A stretch of DNA of 64,000 nucleotides from positions 109,091 through 173,090 of the IMG/VR virus record IMGVR_UViG_3300022697_000186. One strand, 5' to 3'. This document shows positions 62,400 through 64,000 of the stretch, one piece after another. Numbering within the stretch: position 1 is the first letter of the stretch; every line of letters begins with the position of its first letter. The stretch comes from a virus. Lineage: Duplodnaviria; Heunggongvirae; Uroviricota; Caudoviricetes. The position numbers and the translations under genes are program-made. The notes under the pieces were generated by a model, which did no database searches, was not told the DNA's origin, and saw nothing but the letters and a program-made list of their open reading frames with translations.

Positions 62400-64000
62400 T
62401 CATATTTATAGTTGCCACAATCCCAAATTCTATCAAATCCATTTAGCTGCATATTTTGCCATTCAGTTAAAGTAGAATCAAACACTTCTAATAGTTTGTC
62501 CAGTTTATACTTTTGATATTTCATTCTTGATTCCCTACTATTATTTTCTAAATAAAAATAGTTAGGATTAGTAAGTTCTTTAAACTTAAATCCACAAGAT
62601 TCATATCCCTTACCTTCACCATACCTGGCATCAGCATAAGTAATAATAGAACTATTTGGATTTAACTTTTTAAAATGCTTTAATAATTTAGATAGACCAC
62701 CTGTAACTGAGGTGTTTAATTTGTTACAAAACCTTAAAATCTCGTAATCAATTGACTTATTAAATCTTGATTTACCCATCGTAATCATAGAAACTAATTC
62801 AGATTCAAAATAAAGACCTATATGAATTCCATTAATTTCAGATTGTAAGTGATTATCAAATAGAAATTGTTTAGCTTCTTTGTTTTCTACAGATTTAATT
62901 ATACACTTTCTAGCGTATATTTTAACAGGTGATTTACTCATTTTATTTAAAATGATACTCTTAACTATATCCTGTTTATTAAACCATTCATCCTCAAATA
63001 TCTGTATTAACTGAATACCTTTTTCTTTAGCTAGTAAAGTTTTATTCTGATGATATCTAGGTTCTTTATTTCCTGCAAGCTCAGAGTGCCAATATAATCC
63101 GTTGTATTCAACTCCCAATTTGATTTCTGGTATATAGATGTCAATATGTTTACCATCTAAAATAGTTCTATTTGGATTTTCTACATTTGGATAGTATTGT
63201 TTTACAAATTCTAATACTTCTTGTTCCGCTTGAGATGTACCAGATACTAATTTAGGATAACAAGTAGGACACCTTGGTATTTTACCATTGTTTATATTAT
63301 CTTCGAATTCAGTTTTACATTTAGTACATTTCCAAGAATATATAGAATAATTTAATGTACCTTTATATTCTTTACTGTTAAATGAAGGAGTAACTAAATC
63401 TTTTAATCTATCTGAATTTAGTAGTTTATTATAAAAGATTTTTCTATTAGTTTCTGATGTTTTATGTGATATAAATTTTGATTTTCCAATACAATCTACA
63501 CCATATCTATCTAAACATGTTTGTTTAGTTTTTTCTTTTATAACTTCTAATTTCATTGGGTTATCTACACCATAATTCTTTAGAAATGTCTTTTTAGATT
63601 TTTCTGCAAAATCATTCATTTGACTAGGATTTTCTACACCATATCTTTTTAACCATGTTTGCTTTGATTTGGATTTCATTATTTTTGATTGTGTTGAATA
63701 TTCTACATTATATCTTTCTAAACAAGTTTGTTTTTTCTTATTATTAGATTCTTCTGATTTAGAATTATGTTCAACACCATATTTAATTAACATTGTTTTC
63801 TTTTGTTTTTCTCTTGTAATTGGATTTTTTGTAGAACAACTATAAGAACAATGTTTTTGATATCCTAATCCTAATCCTATAAATTTATTATCTTTTTTAC
63901 AAACTAAACATTTATTTGCATTATTTTTTAATAAAAATTTATCAAAATAATATTTAGTATTTACATTATGAACTTTAGAGATATGTGATGATAATCCTAG
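62387..64000 (-). CDS. Free-standing nuclease, copy 4 (five 23-aa repeats), 5'-truncated by the window edge
   Basis: The frame is open from 64000 (LGLSSHISKVH...CLVC...YQKHCSYSC); same architecture as copies 2 and 3. Confidence 0.8.
   Translation of the reverse strand, partial: LGLSSHISKVHNVNTKYYFDKFLLKNNANKCLVCKKDNKFIGLGLGYQKHCSYSCSTKNPITREKQKKTMLIKYGVEHNSKSEESNNKKKQTCLERYNVEYSTQSKIMKSKSKQTWLKRYGVENPSQMNDFAEKSKKTFLKNYGVDNPMKLEVIKEKTKQTCLDRYGVDCIGKSKFISHKTSETNRKIFYNKLLNSDRLKDLVTPSFNSKEYKGTLNYSIYSWKCTKCKTEFEDNINNGKIPRCPTCYPKLVSGTSQAEQEVLEFVKQYYPNVENPNRTILDGKHIDIYIPEIKLGVEYNGLYWHSELAGNKEPRYHQNKTLLAKEKGIQLIQIFEDEWFNKQDIVKSIILNKMSKSPVKIYARKCIIKSVENKEAKQFLFDNHLQSEINGIHIGLYFESELVSMITMGKSRFNKSIDYEILRFCNKLNTSVTGGLSKLLKHFKKLNPNSSIITYADARYGEGKGYESCGFKFKELTNPNYFYLENNSRESRMKYQKYKLDKLLEVFDSTLTEWQNMQLNGFDRIWDCGNYKYEWRL

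Noticed and set aside
62493-62503. Partial late motif (GGACAAACTAT on the - strand) inside nuclease copy 4
   Set aside because: An 11/14 match within coding sequence (LDKL), not conserved in the other copies and not upstream of structural genes.
1-64000. Stop-codon reassignment, tRNAs, introns or inteins
   Set aside because: Core genes are intact in code 11 with TAA, TAG and TGA all used as stops. No cloverleaf or intein/intron signature was recognised by eye; a tRNAscan/Infernal run would be needed to exclude them formally.

Overview
A very AT-rich 64-kb segment of a large (jumbo-type) myovirus genome in the standard genetic code, with frequent TTG/GTG starts and AGGAG-type RBSs. No tRNA, CRISPR array, intron or intein was seen. 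Left part: a contractile-tail and packaging module. The + strand carries sheath, tube, tail-assembly/baseplate-hub protein, gp25-like and gp6-like wedge proteins; the - strand carries a tape-measure-like protein and the large terminase. Its operons share a 14-bp motif GGACAAACTATAAA, a candidate late promoter. Right part (- strand): topoisomerase II A subunit, SF2 helicase, sliding clamp, PD-(D/E)xK nuclease, DNA ligase, SbcCD, unsplit beta and beta' RNA polymerase subunits, a MoxR-vWA pair, a radical SAM/SPASM enzyme, HPRT and a dispersed 7-deazaguanine pathway (FolE, QueD, GATase-QueC). The most striking system is a candidate phage-encoded ubiquitin-like conjugation operon. It comprises a winged-helix protein fused to a beta-grasp-like domain ending NKAG, an E2-like protein, an E1/ThiF and a JAB protease. 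Downstream are a second, degenerate E1 and a second E2-like protein coupled to rpoC, with GATase-QueC embedded in the cluster. Four copies of a free-standing nuclease gene (C2H2 finger, variable 23-aa repeats, PD-(D/E)xK domain, Mom/GNAT-like domain) are also present. One copy is flanked by a 16-bp direct repeat that duplicates the RBS and start codon of the topoisomerase gene. All protein assignments come from motifs read by eye; no database searches were run, so novelty is unverified.
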